A DNA stretch of 64,000 bases from an uncultured Chloroflexia bacterium (GCA_963724295.1 CAVRUC010000007.1:32001-96000), one strand, 5' to 3'; numbered from the stretch's first letter, positions 13,115-23,635 are shown. Translations and numbers: made by a program. The notes: a model not told the origin generated them from the sequence alone.

Positions 13115-13693
13115 CTACTCGGCTGAACCCCCAGCATCGGGGTCGTCGACTGGCTGATGACTATCGGCCTCCCCTTCCGGGGATTGCCAGGGCGCTTCGG
13201 GACTCCCCAGTCGCCGGACAAAGGTGGTGCCGTTTCCCGGCTGCCGCTCAGCCGTTCCCGGGTCGTTGCTGACCGAGGCAATGGACGGCCGGGGTCGGAT
13301 CGGCCGGAGCGAGGAAAGCTCGATGCCAGCCATCTCGAGCTGGCCTTCATAGATTGCCCCTTCCTGGATGATCAGCGACCCGGTCGAAACGCTTGCGTGC
13401 ACTCTCCCGCTAGGGAGGATCTGAAGGCGGCCCCGACACCGAATCTCACCGGTTAGCTCACCTGCGACGGTGACGTGCTCAGCTTCGACGGTAGCAGCGA
13501 TCGTCGCCCCTTCGGAGACAAACAAGGTGCCTTCGCAGATCACGTTTCCCTTCAGTTCGCCTTCGACCCGCAGATCGCGCTGAGATCGAAAGTTTCCGTC
13601 AAAAGCCGAATGGCGGTCGATGAGACTTGCCGTGTCGAACGACGCCACTGATCCGTCTTTCCAGTCAAGATCTGCCGTGGATAGGTCTCGCAT
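13115..13693 (-). CDS. Bactofilin (polymer-forming cytoskeletal protein) 2
   Basis: Beta-helix pattern SLIDRHSAFDGNF..DLRVEGELKGNV..VTVAGELTGEI..LIIQEGAIYEG. Confidence 0.9.
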   Translation of the reverse strand: MRDLSTADLDWKDGSVASFDTASLIDRHSAFDGNFRSQRDLRVEGELKGNVICEGTLFVSEGATIAATVEAEHVTVAGELTGEIRCRGRLQILPSGRVHASVSTGSLIIQEGAIYEGQLEMAGIELSSLRPIRPRPSIASVSNDPGTAERQPGNGTTFVRRLGSPEAPWQSPEGEADSHQPVDDPDAGGSAE

Positions 13694-13781
13694 CCCGCAT
13701 CTCCATGCACACGTGCAGTTGCCGCGATTCCAGCCGGACGTGGTATCCCAGAGCTGAGGCGGGGAAAAGCTCGGTCGATCA

Positions 13782-14417
13782 CTAGTCCCCGCCGCGGGCC
13801 ACTCGTACGGGCGCAGCCAAAGAGGCTCGGCTTTCACTGGCTGGGGTCATGGAGATCTCGCCGGCGACGATTGCGCCGTCGTGAATTGCGATCGCTGGTG
13901 CATGGATATCACCGGAGACCTTTCCGCGCGGAAGGATTTCGAATCGCTCCGCGCAATGGACGGAGCCCCGTACACTACCGGCGATAGTGACATTTGCGGC
14001 ACGAATGACAGCTTCGACGTCCGCCTCTTCGGCCACGAAAATCGTGTCCCGCGCGGTCAATGAGCCCTCGACCCGCCCGTGGATGTGCAGAGAGCCGGTT
14101 GACTCGAGATCGCCACTCCACGACGTCGAATGAGCGATGACGCTGGTGTGCGTGTCGGCTGCCGGAATTGGCGGCGGCGCCGGGTCTGACAGCCTCGACT
14201 CCAAGGAGTCGGTGAATTCGCGAGAGCCGGAAGCACGCTCAAGCTCGGTAGACGAGAAGTCCGGATACTCAGACAGGAACGAACTCGCCCTGGCTAAGGA
14301 GCGTTGTTGATCGCGATCCGGAACCGCCCCGTCGTCACTCTCTCCGCCAAGCTGGTGACGTAGCGCGCTGATCTGGCGCTGAAACGCATCGACCTTGCTG
14401 TCTCTGCGAAAGACCAC
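13782..14417 (-). CDS. Bactofilin 1 with N-terminal extension
   Basis: SVIAHSTSWSGDL..LHIHGRVEGSL..VTIAGSVRGSV..IAIHDGAIVAG; GGAGGG SD before GTG 14417. Confidence 0.9.
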   Translation of the reverse strand: MVFRRDSKVDAFQRQISALRHQLGGESDDGAVPDRDQQRSLARASSFLSEYPDFSSTELERASGSREFTDSLESRLSDPAPPPIPAADTHTSVIAHSTSWSGDLESTGSLHIHGRVEGSLTARDTIFVAEEADVEAVIRAANVTIAGSVRGSVHCAERFEILPRGKVSGDIHAPAIAIHDGAIVAGEISMTPASESRASLAAPVRVARGGD

Positions 14418-14679
14418 GCTTAACCCTCCAGGACGCCCTGGCCAATGGCGAGGGCACCGGTACGGCCTGAGCCGGACGACGGGGGGAAGGCGGCGACACC
14501 TGCAGGGGTGGGTCACGGGAGAACTGCCGCGCGAGCCTCCATAATGGGCGCTGACCGAGCGAAGAATCACTCAGGTCCGCCACGCCTGGAGGCGTACGTA
14601 CAGCATACCATGTGGTGGCCGACAGACCGCTACTCTACCCAGCTGGCGGCATTGCGGAATATCTTGGCTGATTGATGGG

Positions 14680-14752
14680 TACGCCCGAGAGGACTCGAAC
14701 CTCTGGCCTCTTGCTCCGGAGGCAAGCGCTCTATCCGCTGAGCTACGGGCGC
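14680..14752 (-). tRNA. tRNA-Arg(CCG)
   Basis: Minus-strand cloverleaf GCGCCCG/CGGGCGT-A, loop CT-CCG-GA, T-loop TTCGAGT; TACAAT -10 upstream. Confidence 0.96.
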
Positions 14753-14914
14753 AGATTTCCTATCGCCAATTGTACCGCAGTTCACGCGTAGACATGCCAG
14801 TGGTGGCTGTAGCTGTTCGAGCGAGCGTTCGAAGTGGAATTCCTCGCCGCAAGGCGGCTACCATTGGCAAGTTATCGTGGCCCCATGCGCTGTCAAGTGG
14901 TCAATGGAGGATTG

Positions 14915-15115
14915 ATGTCGTCTCGTGATCGAGCGGCCGAGCCGGGCCGCGTCCGGCTCAATGAAGAAGACGTGGCCTACGTGATGAATCTCCTTCGCAA
15001 CGCCACGCAGCCGGTGAACACCCAGCAACTCATCGACGTGCTGAGAAAACACCCGGGACAATTCCAGTCTCCCTCTGGGTCCGGCTCGGACTCCGCCGAC
15101 GAGGTGTCAGGCTAA
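14915..15115 (+). CDS. Small hypothetical protein (66 aa), helical
   Basis: GGAGG SD at 14906-14910; amphipathic helices LNEEDVAYVMNLLRN and QPVNTQQLIDVLRK. Confidence 0.65.
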   Translation: MSSRDRAAEPGRVRLNEEDVAYVMNLLRNATQPVNTQQLIDVLRKHPGQFQSPSGSGSDSADEVSG

Positions 15116-15213
15116 CAGTGATCATCGCCGGTCAGACCCCGGCCGGTCAATACGAGTTTCGGGTCATCGAAGTCCGTTTTTTGCAGACATGATTTCATTG
15201 GGAAGGGCGCAAA

Positions 15214-16884
15214 GTGGTCGAGCAACAGCTTAAGCCTGCCTTGCAGTTCGCCGGTAGCAAGCGCGAGCGGGAGCTGGCGGAAAAGGTTATGGGGTTGATC
15301 CTGGCGCGAGGCATGTTCATGTCCGCCAACGCGCCGATCAGGATCCCTCTCGGTTCTCTCGCCGAGTTTCTTGGTTCGCAGGGCGAGAAAGATGCACAAG
15401 CGAGAATTGACGCCCTCGTCGTGGCGAACTCGGACGTCTTCGCGGTCGAGGAGGTTGACGGTCAGTCGTACCTCGTGACGACTCGGGAAGGGCGCGCCCC
15501 GCACATCGCACGTCCCGAGGCCAGGCACACGTTCGCTTCCCGCTTCCACACGCCCTTGCCGAAGCCTGAGGGTGTTGTGTCGCGACCGCGGCCGCGTCAG
15601 GAGCCCGCACCGGTTGACCTTCTAGCGGAAATCGACGGGCTCCAAATCGATGAATCGGCCGCACAGCCGGAGGCGCCACCTGCGATCGTAGAAGAGCTGG
15701 TTGAAGAAGCGCCGGTTGCGGCCGCCCGGACGATTACGACCCAGGCAGCCACGCCAACAGACGTTACCGAGGTCGACGATGTCAACCTTGCCGTTGCTCT
15801 GCGGGAGCGGCTCGGTACCGATCCGCGCGTCGCTAACTTCGGCGAGCAATGGCTCATGGAGGATCGGGTTCCGCGATTCAGTCGAGGGGATCTGCGCCGG
15901 CTCCGTGACTACATGCAGGAGAAGGAGCAGCCACTCACCGACGATGACTTGGCGCAAGATGTGCTGGGAGTCCGACAGGGAACACCAGATTTCGAGCTTG
16001 TGCGGTTCGCCCTTGACTACCGGCTTTCAAACGAACATCGGGAGTTCGAGTTCGTTGGTACCGCGAATCAGCGGTTCTGGAGCACGAGCGGTCTTCCCCA
16101 AATAGGCACCACGCGGAGGAAACTCACCGAGCTAGGTACCGACTATCGCTACTTGCTCGACGAAGAGCCAGGGATGCCATCCTACCGCTCGCGTGAGTCG
16201 GTCGACCACACGCTGACGTTCTACGAATACATCCACGGGCTCCTCCCCTACGACGCCGAGATGCAGGCTCTGCTGCCGGGTCCCATGACCTCCGGCCAGA
16301 AGTCGGCCGTGCTGACGTTCGAGTGCCCCCAGTCATTTACGACGTACCTGGTGGAGTTACGGTACCCAACACCCAACAGGGGTGGTTTCATCCTGGGGTT
16401 GGACGACTTCTACAGTGAGAATCTGGTTCCAGGCGCGATCATTTCGATTCAGTGGACGGAAAACGACGGTCATTACAAAGTTGAATATTTGCCGGAGAGC
16501 GCGCGAAGCGACCAGCTTCTGGAGCTCGATGAACGCCGGGCCACACGATACGTCTTCCGGCCCACGACCTACGCCTGCGGCGTTGAAGATGCCCAGCTCT
16601 TGAGCGAGTCCCGCTTCGGCGGAATGGCGAACGAGAAACCGCTGGACGAGAAGATTCGCCGCCGCCCCGAGGCGGTAGTGGCCGCGACATTCGAGCGTGT
16701 GGGACTGGAGCGAGACGCAAACTTCTCGATTAACTTTGAGACCCTGCTTGCCGCCGTGAATATCGAGCGCCCGATGTCCGCAACACTCCTGCGCTCAGTC
16801 CTCGAGCATGACGACACAGGAGCTTTTTCGCGAGATCCTGAAGCCGCTGACTCGTACACCTACGTCCCTGGAACGACCCCGTAA
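15214..16884 (+). CDS. Hypothetical soluble protein (556 aa), possible repeated winged-helix and beta-barrel domains
   Basis: Long ORF with protein-like composition, first large gene of a tightly packed run; no family recognised with certainty. Confidence 0.85.
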   Translation: MVEQQLKPALQFAGSKRERELAEKVMGLILARGMFMSANAPIRIPLGSLAEFLGSQGEKDAQARIDALVVANSDVFAVEEVDGQSYLVTTREGRAPHIARPEARHTFASRFHTPLPKPEGVVSRPRPRQEPAPVDLLAEIDGLQIDESAAQPEAPPAIVEELVEEAPVAAARTITTQAATPTDVTEVDDVNLAVALRERLGTDPRVANFGEQWLMEDRVPRFSRGDLRRLRDYMQEKEQPLTDDDLAQDVLGVRQGTPDFELVRFALDYRLSNEHREFEFVGTANQRFWSTSGLPQIGTTRRKLTELGTDYRYLLDEEPGMPSYRSRESVDHTLTFYEYIHGLLPYDAEMQALLPGPMTSGQKSAVLTFECPQSFTTYLVELRYPTPNRGGFILGLDDFYSENLVPGAIISIQWTENDGHYKVEYLPESARSDQLLELDERRATRYVFRPTTYACGVEDAQLLSESRFGGMANEKPLDEKIRRRPEAVVAATFERVGLERDANFSINFETLLAAVNIERPMSATLLRSVLEHDDTGAFSRDPEAADSYTYVPGTTP

Positions 16885-16896
16885 GGAGCCGCTTCC

Positions 16897-17841
16897 GTGG
16901 ACCAGAGCCAGGAGCAGGCGCGATCGCTGGTCGGTGAGGCTATCACCGCCATCCGCGATGGGGATCTGTCGCAGACCCAGGTCGCGCGACTCTCCGACCT
17001 TTCACGTGCCAGTGCGCGGACGCTCGCCGCTGCGTGGGACACCATTCCGGAGGGCAACCGGGTCGATCTGGTTCGCCGCTTCGACGAGCTGTCTGAAGAG
17101 AGGGTGGAGCTGAATTTTGGACGGGCCCTCAGGATCGCCCTTGGTGACCGCTCCGCTGTTGTTCGCCAGCTCGCCGTAGCAGGGCTGTGGGAAGACGATT
17201 CAAGCGAATTGCTCGAGCGACTACGGAGCATGCTCGAGAATGACGAGTCACCGGATGTCCGCGCCCAAGCGGCAGCCTCGCTCGAACGTTTCTCGGGCAA
17301 GGCCGCGGCGGGGGCTTTGGACGACACCGTAGCAAGGGACCTTCGCGACGAGTTGCGCCGTTCGGCAAGCGACGTGGGCGCCCCGTACGCGGTTCAACGC
17401 CGCGCATTGGAATCGCTCGGTCCGTATGCCGGCGACCCGGAAATCACTTCCCTCATCAAGGAAGCGTTCGATTCCGCGGATCACGGACTGCAATGCAGTG
17501 CACTCTATGCGATGGGTCGAAGCCAGGACGCGCGCTGGTTACCGACAATCCTGGAGCAGCTCGAGAGCGAGGAACCAGAGATTCGCTTCGAGGCCGCACG
17601 AGCGGCAGGTCTGCTCGGCTCCACGGACGCATTGCCAGTGTTGGTTCAGGCGGCACGCGACGACGACGCCGAGGTCAGACACACAGCCATCAGCGCAATC
17701 GGTCAAATCGGCGGGAGAGGGGCGGTGCGGGCGCTCGAGCGCCTGGCCGAAGACGCCGGGGAGGCCGACCTCGAACTGATTCAGGCGGCAATTGACGACG
17801 TCAATACCCTCCTAGAGCCGCTTCAATCTTCGACCTCGTGA
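16897..17841 (+). CDS. HEAT-repeat (PBS lyase-like) protein
   Basis: Repeats LGDRSAVVRQLAVAGL, DESPDVRAQAAASL, EEPEIRFEAARAAG, DDAEVRHTAISAIG; AAGGAG SD. Confidence 0.9.
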   Translation: MDQSQEQARSLVGEAITAIRDGDLSQTQVARLSDLSRASARTLAAAWDTIPEGNRVDLVRRFDELSEERVELNFGRALRIALGDRSAVVRQLAVAGLWEDDSSELLERLRSMLENDESPDVRAQAAASLERFSGKAAAGALDDTVARDLRDELRRSASDVGAPYAVQRRALESLGPYAGDPEITSLIKEAFDSADHGLQCSALYAMGRSQDARWLPTILEQLESEEPEIRFEAARAAGLLGSTDALPVLVQAARDDDAEVRHTAISAIGQIGGRGAVRALERLAEDAGEADLELIQAAIDDVNTLLEPLQSSTS

Positions 17842-18893
17842 CCCGCGCGGTTATCCACAAGAATCCGATCGACCAGCTCGCCTGTGATCCCTCGGAGTGG
17901 GACGCCGCCCTTCGATACTGCGGGGGCCATCTCCTGCAGTCATGGCGCTGGGGCGCTTTCAAGCAGAAGTTCGGCTGGGACGTGGAGCGGATCGCGGCCC
18001 CGGGTCCGGGCGGGGCCGCGTTTGCTCAGGTGCTGTTCCGGACGCGAGCCGGGGTGAGCATCGGCTACATACCGCGAGGACCGGCTTGGCCTGATGACGA
18101 CCGCGGCGCGCTCGCTGGGCTTTGGTCGCGCATCGACGAGATCGCGCGACGGCGCAGGGCGCTGACCATCATCGTGGAGCCAGATCGGCCGCTGCCTGAG
18201 CATGAAGGTAAGGACGTACGGCTGGTACCCGGTCCTGAGCCGATTCAGCCAGCCCGGACGGTCAAGATCGAACTCCTCGATGACCAATCGCTCATCGACC
18301 AGATGCATCCGAAAACTCGATACAACGTGCGATTGGCGAAACGGCGCGGCGTGACAACGCACATTGTGGAGCAGCTGGACAGCTCGATTGGTCAGTTCTA
18401 TGAGATGTTGCGGGACACGGCGTCACGAAACGATTTTGCCGTTCACACTCCAGGCTACTATCGCGAATTCCTTCGTGTATTTGGTGATGATGCTTGCCTC
18501 GCATTCGCCGAGATTGAGGGAAAATCCGTGGCAGGCGCCGTTGCGGCAGTATTCGGGAACGAAGCGATCTACATGTACGGGGCATCTTCGACCCAGGAGA
18601 GGGCCCATGGAGCAGCGTTCCTCTTGCAACATGACCTGATGCGATGGGCACGCGGCCGTGGCGCGCGGTACTACGACCTGTGGGGCATCCCGGAGTACGA
18701 TCCAGACTCAAGCGTGAGCGCGAGCGGCGATCGACTTGCCGCCTCAACTGGTAGCGACCGTCGCGGCCTCTACGAGTTCAAGACGAGATTCGGTGGCCAG
18801 ATCATTCGCTATCCACCGCCCCTCGAACGCGTCTACCACCCGTTGCTGGCAACGGTGGCACGCAGGTTCTACAACGCGGGGGGCCAGGGGTGA
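17838..18893 (+). CDS. FemAB/FemX family peptidoglycan interpeptide-bridge aminoacyltransferase
   Basis: HLLQSWRWG, YIPRGP, KTRYNVRLA, YMYGAS, YDLWGI, GLYEFKTRFGG. Confidence 0.92.
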   Translation: MTRAVIHKNPIDQLACDPSEWDAALRYCGGHLLQSWRWGAFKQKFGWDVERIAAPGPGGAAFAQVLFRTRAGVSIGYIPRGPAWPDDDRGALAGLWSRIDEIARRRRALTIIVEPDRPLPEHEGKDVRLVPGPEPIQPARTVKIELLDDQSLIDQMHPKTRYNVRLAKRRGVTTHIVEQLDSSIGQFYEMLRDTASRNDFAVHTPGYYREFLRVFGDDACLAFAEIEGKSVAGAVAAVFGNEAIYMYGASSTQERAHGAAFLLQHDLMRWARGRGARYYDLWGIPEYDPDSSVSASGDRLAASTGSDRRGLYEFKTRFGGQIIRYPPPLERVYHPLLATVARRFYNAGGQG

Positions 18894-20410
18894 ACACTCG
18901 TGCCTCGACAGTCCAGGAGCTGGGTGAGGCACTCCCGGGAGCGCAGATCATCGGCTCGGGCGCGAGTGTTGTATCAGGGATCGTCTATGACTCCCGCATT
19001 GTTCAGCCGGGAGATCTGTTCGTGGCGTTGCGGGGCGCCGATTTCGACGGACACCAGTTCGTCCAGGACGCGGAGGAACGAGGCGCCGCCGCGCTGTTGG
19101 TTGAATCGCCGGCGTCGACGGTGCTACCGCAGATACAGGTGGCCGACAGCCGTGCCGCACTGGCGGCGGTCGCAGCCCAGTTCTACGGACATCCCTCGAC
19201 GCACCTTGGCGTCATCGGCATCACCGGCACGGACGGAAAGACGACGACGTCGTACCTGGTCGATCACATTCTGCGATCCACCGGTCTGAGGACCGGCATG
19301 GTCGGGACGGTTGCGGTCCGCATCGGCGACCGCGAGGAGCTCCACCCGACCCGACAGACGACCCCAGAATCCAGCGAGATCCAGTTGTACTTGCGACAGA
19401 TGGTCGATGCCTCGCTGGCGTGGGCGATCCTGGAGGCGACCTCGCATGGGCTCGCGATGCACCGGCTGGATCAGGTGCGCTTTGACATCGGGGCGGTCAC
19501 GAACATCACTCGCGAGCATCTCGACTTTCATGGGTCGATCGACAACTATCGACGTGCCAAAGCGACGCTACTGGAGCGAGTGGCCGCGAACTCGGGTGTC
19601 GCGGTCGTCAATGCTGACGACGCTGGCTCGCGCGCAATCGAGCACTTCGCCACTGGCGCGAAGATTCTTCGCTACAGCGCGACCGGGGCCGATGTCGATC
19701 TGCGCGCACTCGATGTTCGAGAGAGCGAATTCGGCAGTGCCTTCGTGCTCGATGCCGGTGCGCGCGGCCGTGCGGCGTGCTCGCTGCCGCTCATCGGTGG
19801 ATTCAACGTCGCGAATTCGCTCTGCGCGGTCGGTATCGCGCTTGGGGCAGGTATCCAACTGGATGCGATCGCCGCCGCCTTGGCCACGGCGCCGCCAATC
19901 CCGGGAAGGATGGCGCGGATCGACGCCGGTCAACCATTCAGTGTCATCGTGGACTACGCCCACACGCCCGAGGCGTTGCGGAAAGTGCTAACTCTGCTCC
20001 GTGGGCTCCATCCGTCAGGGCGGATCATCGCGGTGTTTGGCAGTGCCGGGGAGCGCGACGTCGAGAAGCGGCCGCTGCAAGGAGCGATCGCCGCCCGGCT
20101 AGCCGACGTCAGCGTGATCACGAGTGAGGATCCCCGATTCGAAGATGCGGACGCCATCATCGCCCAGATCGCGGTGGGGGCTCGGGAAGCGGGTGCGGAA
20201 ATCGAGAAGTCCGTATTTTGCCGCACCGATCGACGGGATGCTATCCGACTCGCACTCGATTTGGCGAGACCGGGTGATTGCGTGCTGCTCGCAGGAAAAG
20301 GCCATGAGGGGAGCATTATCTGGGGCCGAGAAAAACGGCCCTGGGACGAAGCCGCAGTGGCTCGCGAACTCCTGCTCAGTGGGCGATTCGGTGAAGCCGA
20401 AGTTTGCTGA
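18890..20410 (+). CDS. murE: UDP-MurNAc-tripeptide ligase MurE
   Basis: DSR, GITGTDGKTTT, TTPES, EHLDFH, VDYAHTP, SEDPR, AGKGHE. Confidence 0.95.
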   Translation: MNTRASTVQELGEALPGAQIIGSGASVVSGIVYDSRIVQPGDLFVALRGADFDGHQFVQDAEERGAAALLVESPASTVLPQIQVADSRAALAAVAAQFYGHPSTHLGVIGITGTDGKTTTSYLVDHILRSTGLRTGMVGTVAVRIGDREELHPTRQTTPESSEIQLYLRQMVDASLAWAILEATSHGLAMHRLDQVRFDIGAVTNITREHLDFHGSIDNYRRAKATLLERVAANSGVAVVNADDAGSRAIEHFATGAKILRYSATGADVDLRALDVRESEFGSAFVLDAGARGRAACSLPLIGGFNVANSLCAVGIALGAGIQLDAIAAALATAPPIPGRMARIDAGQPFSVIVDYAHTPEALRKVLTLLRGLHPSGRIIAVFGSAGERDVEKRPLQGAIAARLADVSVITSEDPRFEDADAIIAQIAVGAREAGAEIEKSVFCRTDRRDAIRLALDLARPGDCVLLAGKGHEGSIIWGREKRPWDEAAVARELLLSGRFGEAEVC

Positions 20411-20414
20411 CGGT

Positions 20415-22247
20415 CTAGGACTCGGTGCTGTTCGCATCCCATAACCGGACTGACCGCTCGGCCGAAACTGACAGTCCCAGGTCGTCGATCTGTTCCAGGC
20501 CAACAGAGTCGGGTGCTTCGAACATCAGGTCGAGCCCACGCTGACTCTTCGGAAAGGCGATGACCTCGCGAATGTTCTCTTCATCTGCGAGCAGCATCAG
20601 ATAGCGATCGATCCCCATCGCGATGCCACCGTGCGGAGGAGCTCCATATTCAAGAGCGTCGAGTAGCGCCCCAAAACGGACCGCGGTCTCCTCGGCTGAA
20701 TATCCCATTAGCCCAAACAATCGCTGCTGGTCGCCGCGACGGTGATTGCGAACGCTTCCGCCACCGAGCTCGTTGCCATTTCCGACGAGGTCATACTGCT
20801 TGGCACGAACCTCTCCGGGACGCTCATCCAGGAGGGGCGCATCTTCCTCCAGGAAACCGGAAAATGGATTGTGGGTCGCCTCCCAGCGGCTCTCCTCGGC
20901 ATTCCACTCCAACAGCGGAAACTCGTAGATCCAGCAAAAAGCGAACACATTCGGATCGGCGAGACCGAGTCGCTGGCCGAGTTCGTCGCGGACCGCGGAT
21001 AGCGCTTTGGCAACGACTCCGGGCGTGTCCGCGACCGCGAGGACGAGATCTCCCGCTCCTGCCCCGATGTCCGCTGTCAATGCCGCGAGCTCAGCTTCGC
21101 TCAGGAACTTGGCTACAGGCGACCGGATGACGTCGTCCTCAACCGCAAACGTGGCAAGTCCTTTCGCGCCCGCACGAGTCGCGACGTCGGTGAGCTCATC
21201 GATCTCGCGCCGGGTGTACCCGGAACAGCCGGGGACAACGATCGCCTTGACTTGACCGCCCGCCGCCAGCGTTTGAGCGAACGCGCGGAATTCCGTTTCA
21301 CGGAAGGCGTCGGAAACCTCATGCAGTTCCAGTCCGAAGCGGAGGTCAGGGCGGTCACTACCAAACCGCGCCATGGCTTCTTTGTACGTAAGGCGCGGAA
21401 ATGGGGTCTCCAGAATGCGCTTGTCCGAAAAACGCTCGGTCAAGCCAATATAGAGTTCCTCGATGAGGGCCATGACGTCTGGTTCCTGGACAAACGTCAT
21501 CTCGATATCGAGCTGGGTGAACTCAGGCTGCCGATCCGCGCGTTGCGCCTCATCCCGAAAACAGCGCGCGATCTGGAAGTAGCGGTCCAGTCCAGCAACC
21601 ATCAAGAGCTGCTTCATTTGCTGGGGAGATTGTGGAAGGGCGTAGAAATTGCCGGGAAAACTGCTGCTGGGCACCAAGAAGTCGCGGGCGCCCTCGGGGG
21701 TGCTCTTGATCAGCAGCGGGGTTTCCACCTCGACGAACCCCCGGTCAGAAAGGTACTCCCGCATCTCCCGAGTGACCACGTGGCGCAGCACCATGTTTGC
21801 TTGCAAGCGGGACCGTCGGAGATCGAGGTAGCGATGGCGAAGCCTGACCGATTCATCGATCTCGGCAGTCTGGGTGATCTCGAACGGTGGAGTCTTCGCC
21901 GAGTTGAGGACTTCCAGACTATGGACCTCGACTTCGACGTCGCCGGTGGGAAGCTTCGGATTTCGCGTTCCCTGAGGACGCTCCCGGACGACGCCGCGCA
22001 CTTCCAGGACATACTCATTCCGGACGTCGTTGGCCGCTTCGTGAGCGTCTGGTGCAATCTCGGGGTTGAAAACGACCTGCGTCAATCCGTACCGGTCGCG
22101 CAAATCGATAAAGATGAGGCCGCCGAGGTCGCGCCGCCGGTTGACCCATCCCCGTAAGGAGGCCTCTTCTCCGACATCGCCGAGGCGGAGTGCACCGCAG
22201 GTCAACCGGCCGATGACCGAGGAATGGACATCGTGGGGAACCGTCAC
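20415..22247 (-). CDS. aspS: Aspartate-tRNA ligase
   Basis: [50 protein letters not shown]. Confidence 0.98.
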   Translation of the reverse strand: MTVPHDVHSSVIGRLTCGALRLGDVGEEASLRGWVNRRRDLGGLIFIDLRDRYGLTQVVFNPEIAPDAHEAANDVRNEYVLEVRGVVRERPQGTRNPKLPTGDVEVEVHSLEVLNSAKTPPFEITQTAEIDESVRLRHRYLDLRRSRLQANMVLRHVVTREMREYLSDRGFVEVETPLLIKSTPEGARDFLVPSSSFPGNFYALPQSPQQMKQLLMVAGLDRYFQIARCFRDEAQRADRQPEFTQLDIEMTFVQEPDVMALIEELYIGLTERFSDKRILETPFPRLTYKEAMARFGSDRPDLRFGLELHEVSDAFRETEFRAFAQTLAAGGQVKAIVVPGCSGYTRREIDELTDVATRAGAKGLATFAVEDDVIRSPVAKFLSEAELAALTADIGAGAGDLVLAVADTPGVVAKALSAVRDELGQRLGLADPNVFAFCWIYEFPLLEWNAEESRWEATHNPFSGFLEEDAPLLDERPGEVRAKQYDLVGNGNELGGGSVRNHRRGDQQRLFGLMGYSAEETAVRFGALLDALEYGAPPHGGIAMGIDRYLMLLADEENIREVIAFPKSQRGLDLMFEAPDSVGLEQIDDLGLSVSAERSVRLWDANSTES

Positions 22248-23635
22248 GCGAACTCTCTCCCTCGCTCCGTTTGGATTCCGGCGTCTGGTGAAACGCCTTC
22301 GATGTCTACTCCGCTGTCGATCGAATGCCGGAGTGACTCTTCGAGTGCGAGCTCGGGATCGAGCCCTCGTTCGATAAGCGCGGCGATCGCCGTCAGCAAT
22401 TCGTTCCCGTCGGTGGGATCCTGGGCAGCCGCGAGACTCGTTCGGGGCGCCAGAATCTCTACGGCTTTCCGGGTCACGGGCATTGCGCGGGGCAGGCGGT
22501 CGATCGGGTTTGGCTTGGCCGGTGAGCTGCCTTTTTCGGCGCGCTCACTCGCCTTGACGCCTTCCCAGGTCGCAATAACCGCATCAGGAGTTGTAGCGGA
22601 AACCGAACCGAAAACGTGCGGATGGCGTCGAATCAGTTTGCGGTTGACGACCTCGAAAACATCCTCGATGCGGAAAGCTCCACTCTCCTCAGCGATCTGC
22701 GCCTGCATCGTAACCAGAAGTAGGAGGTCACCAAGCTCTTCGGCTAGTTCGGCTTGATCGCCGGCGTCGAGAGCATCGACGACCTCGTACGCTTCTTCCA
22801 GCACCGCGTTTCGGAGTGACCCTGGCGTCTGTTCGCGGTCCCAGGGACACCCGTCGGGAGCGCGCAGGCGAGCGACGAGGCGAGTCAGCGATTCTGGCGA
22901 CCGAACCGCGTCCAGAGAAGGCATGGGCGGGACCCACAGACTCGTCAGATGGTCGACGTCCTGTCGATCAAGCGCCCGCAGCGGTAATTCCCTGGTGGAC
23001 TGGTCATCCGGAATGCCGGCTGCTTTGAGGATCGTCACCAAATACTCATCGGGATACACCCGCGAGAGAGCGATCTTGACCGAGGACGCCAAATCCCGGT
23101 TATAAAGCTGCGCCACCAACAACGGCCGGGTCGGATCGACACCAAGTTGTCCGGAAGCAAACGGCTCGTCACTTATGAGCTCGGCAAGTTCTTCTGCATC
23201 CGCGATCTGCAGGCCCCGAGCAAGGGGATCGATCTGAAGGGCTCCGGCGATCACATCGAGGAAGCTGACGCCATCCAGGACATCGATTGGGATGCCGAGC
23301 TCTCGTGCAGCGGCTTCGATCAACGGGACGGAGCGCTCACCAATACGGGGGTGCCCCGGAACCGCAAACACGACGGCTCCGCCTGACCGTGCCGTGCCTA
23401 CCACCCGACGCGCAATCGCCGGATAGAGAGCGTCGAAATCGGCGGCGCTCTCGTAGAGGTCGTCGCAGTCCGTCACCCTGGCATCTGTGGCGAGATCGTC
23501 AAGTCCGGGGTGGACTCGCGTGCGCAGGATGATCCGGTCGGCGGCATCGAGCGCACCTTGGGCGCCAACCGTGCGCAACGATGGGTTTCCCGGCCCGAGA
23601 CCAACGATGGTTATCCGGGACGCTGGCGCGGTCAT
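22244..23635 (-). CDS. mazG: Tetrapyrrole-methylase-like / MazG pyrophosphohydrolase fusion (YabN-like)
   Basis: [54 protein letters not shown] overlap with lepA stop. Confidence 0.88.
   Translation of the reverse strand: MTAPASRITIVGLGPGNPSLRTVGAQGALDAADRIILRTRVHPGLDDLATDARVTDCDDLYESAADFDALYPAIARRVVGTARSGGAVVFAVPGHPRIGERSVPLIEAAARELGIPIDVLDGVSFLDVIAGALQIDPLARGLQIADAEELAELISDEPFASGQLGVDPTRPLLVAQLYNRDLASSVKIALSRVYPDEYLVTILKAAGIPDDQSTRELPLRALDRQDVDHLTSLWVPPMPSLDAVRSPESLTRLVARLRAPDGCPWDREQTPGSLRNAVLEEAYEVVDALDAGDQAELAEELGDLLLLVTMQAQIAEESGAFRIEDVFEVVNRKLIRRHPHVFGSVSATTPDAVIATWEGVKASERAEKGSSPAKPNPIDRLPRAMPVTRKAVEILAPRTSLAAAQDPTDGNELLTAIAALIERGLDPELALEESLRHSIDSGVDIEGVSPDAGIQTERGREFA

Noticed and set aside
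14680..14752. tRNA-anchored genomic island (also checked fMet, Thr, Trp)
   Set aside because: No integrase, no duplicated tRNA 3' end seen and no obvious composition shift
21252..22157. Long antisense ORFs (also 10370-11257, 53478-54314, 54784-56004, 56806-57906, 60012-60941)
   Set aside because: Shadows of real genes on the opposite strand with no recognisable motifs
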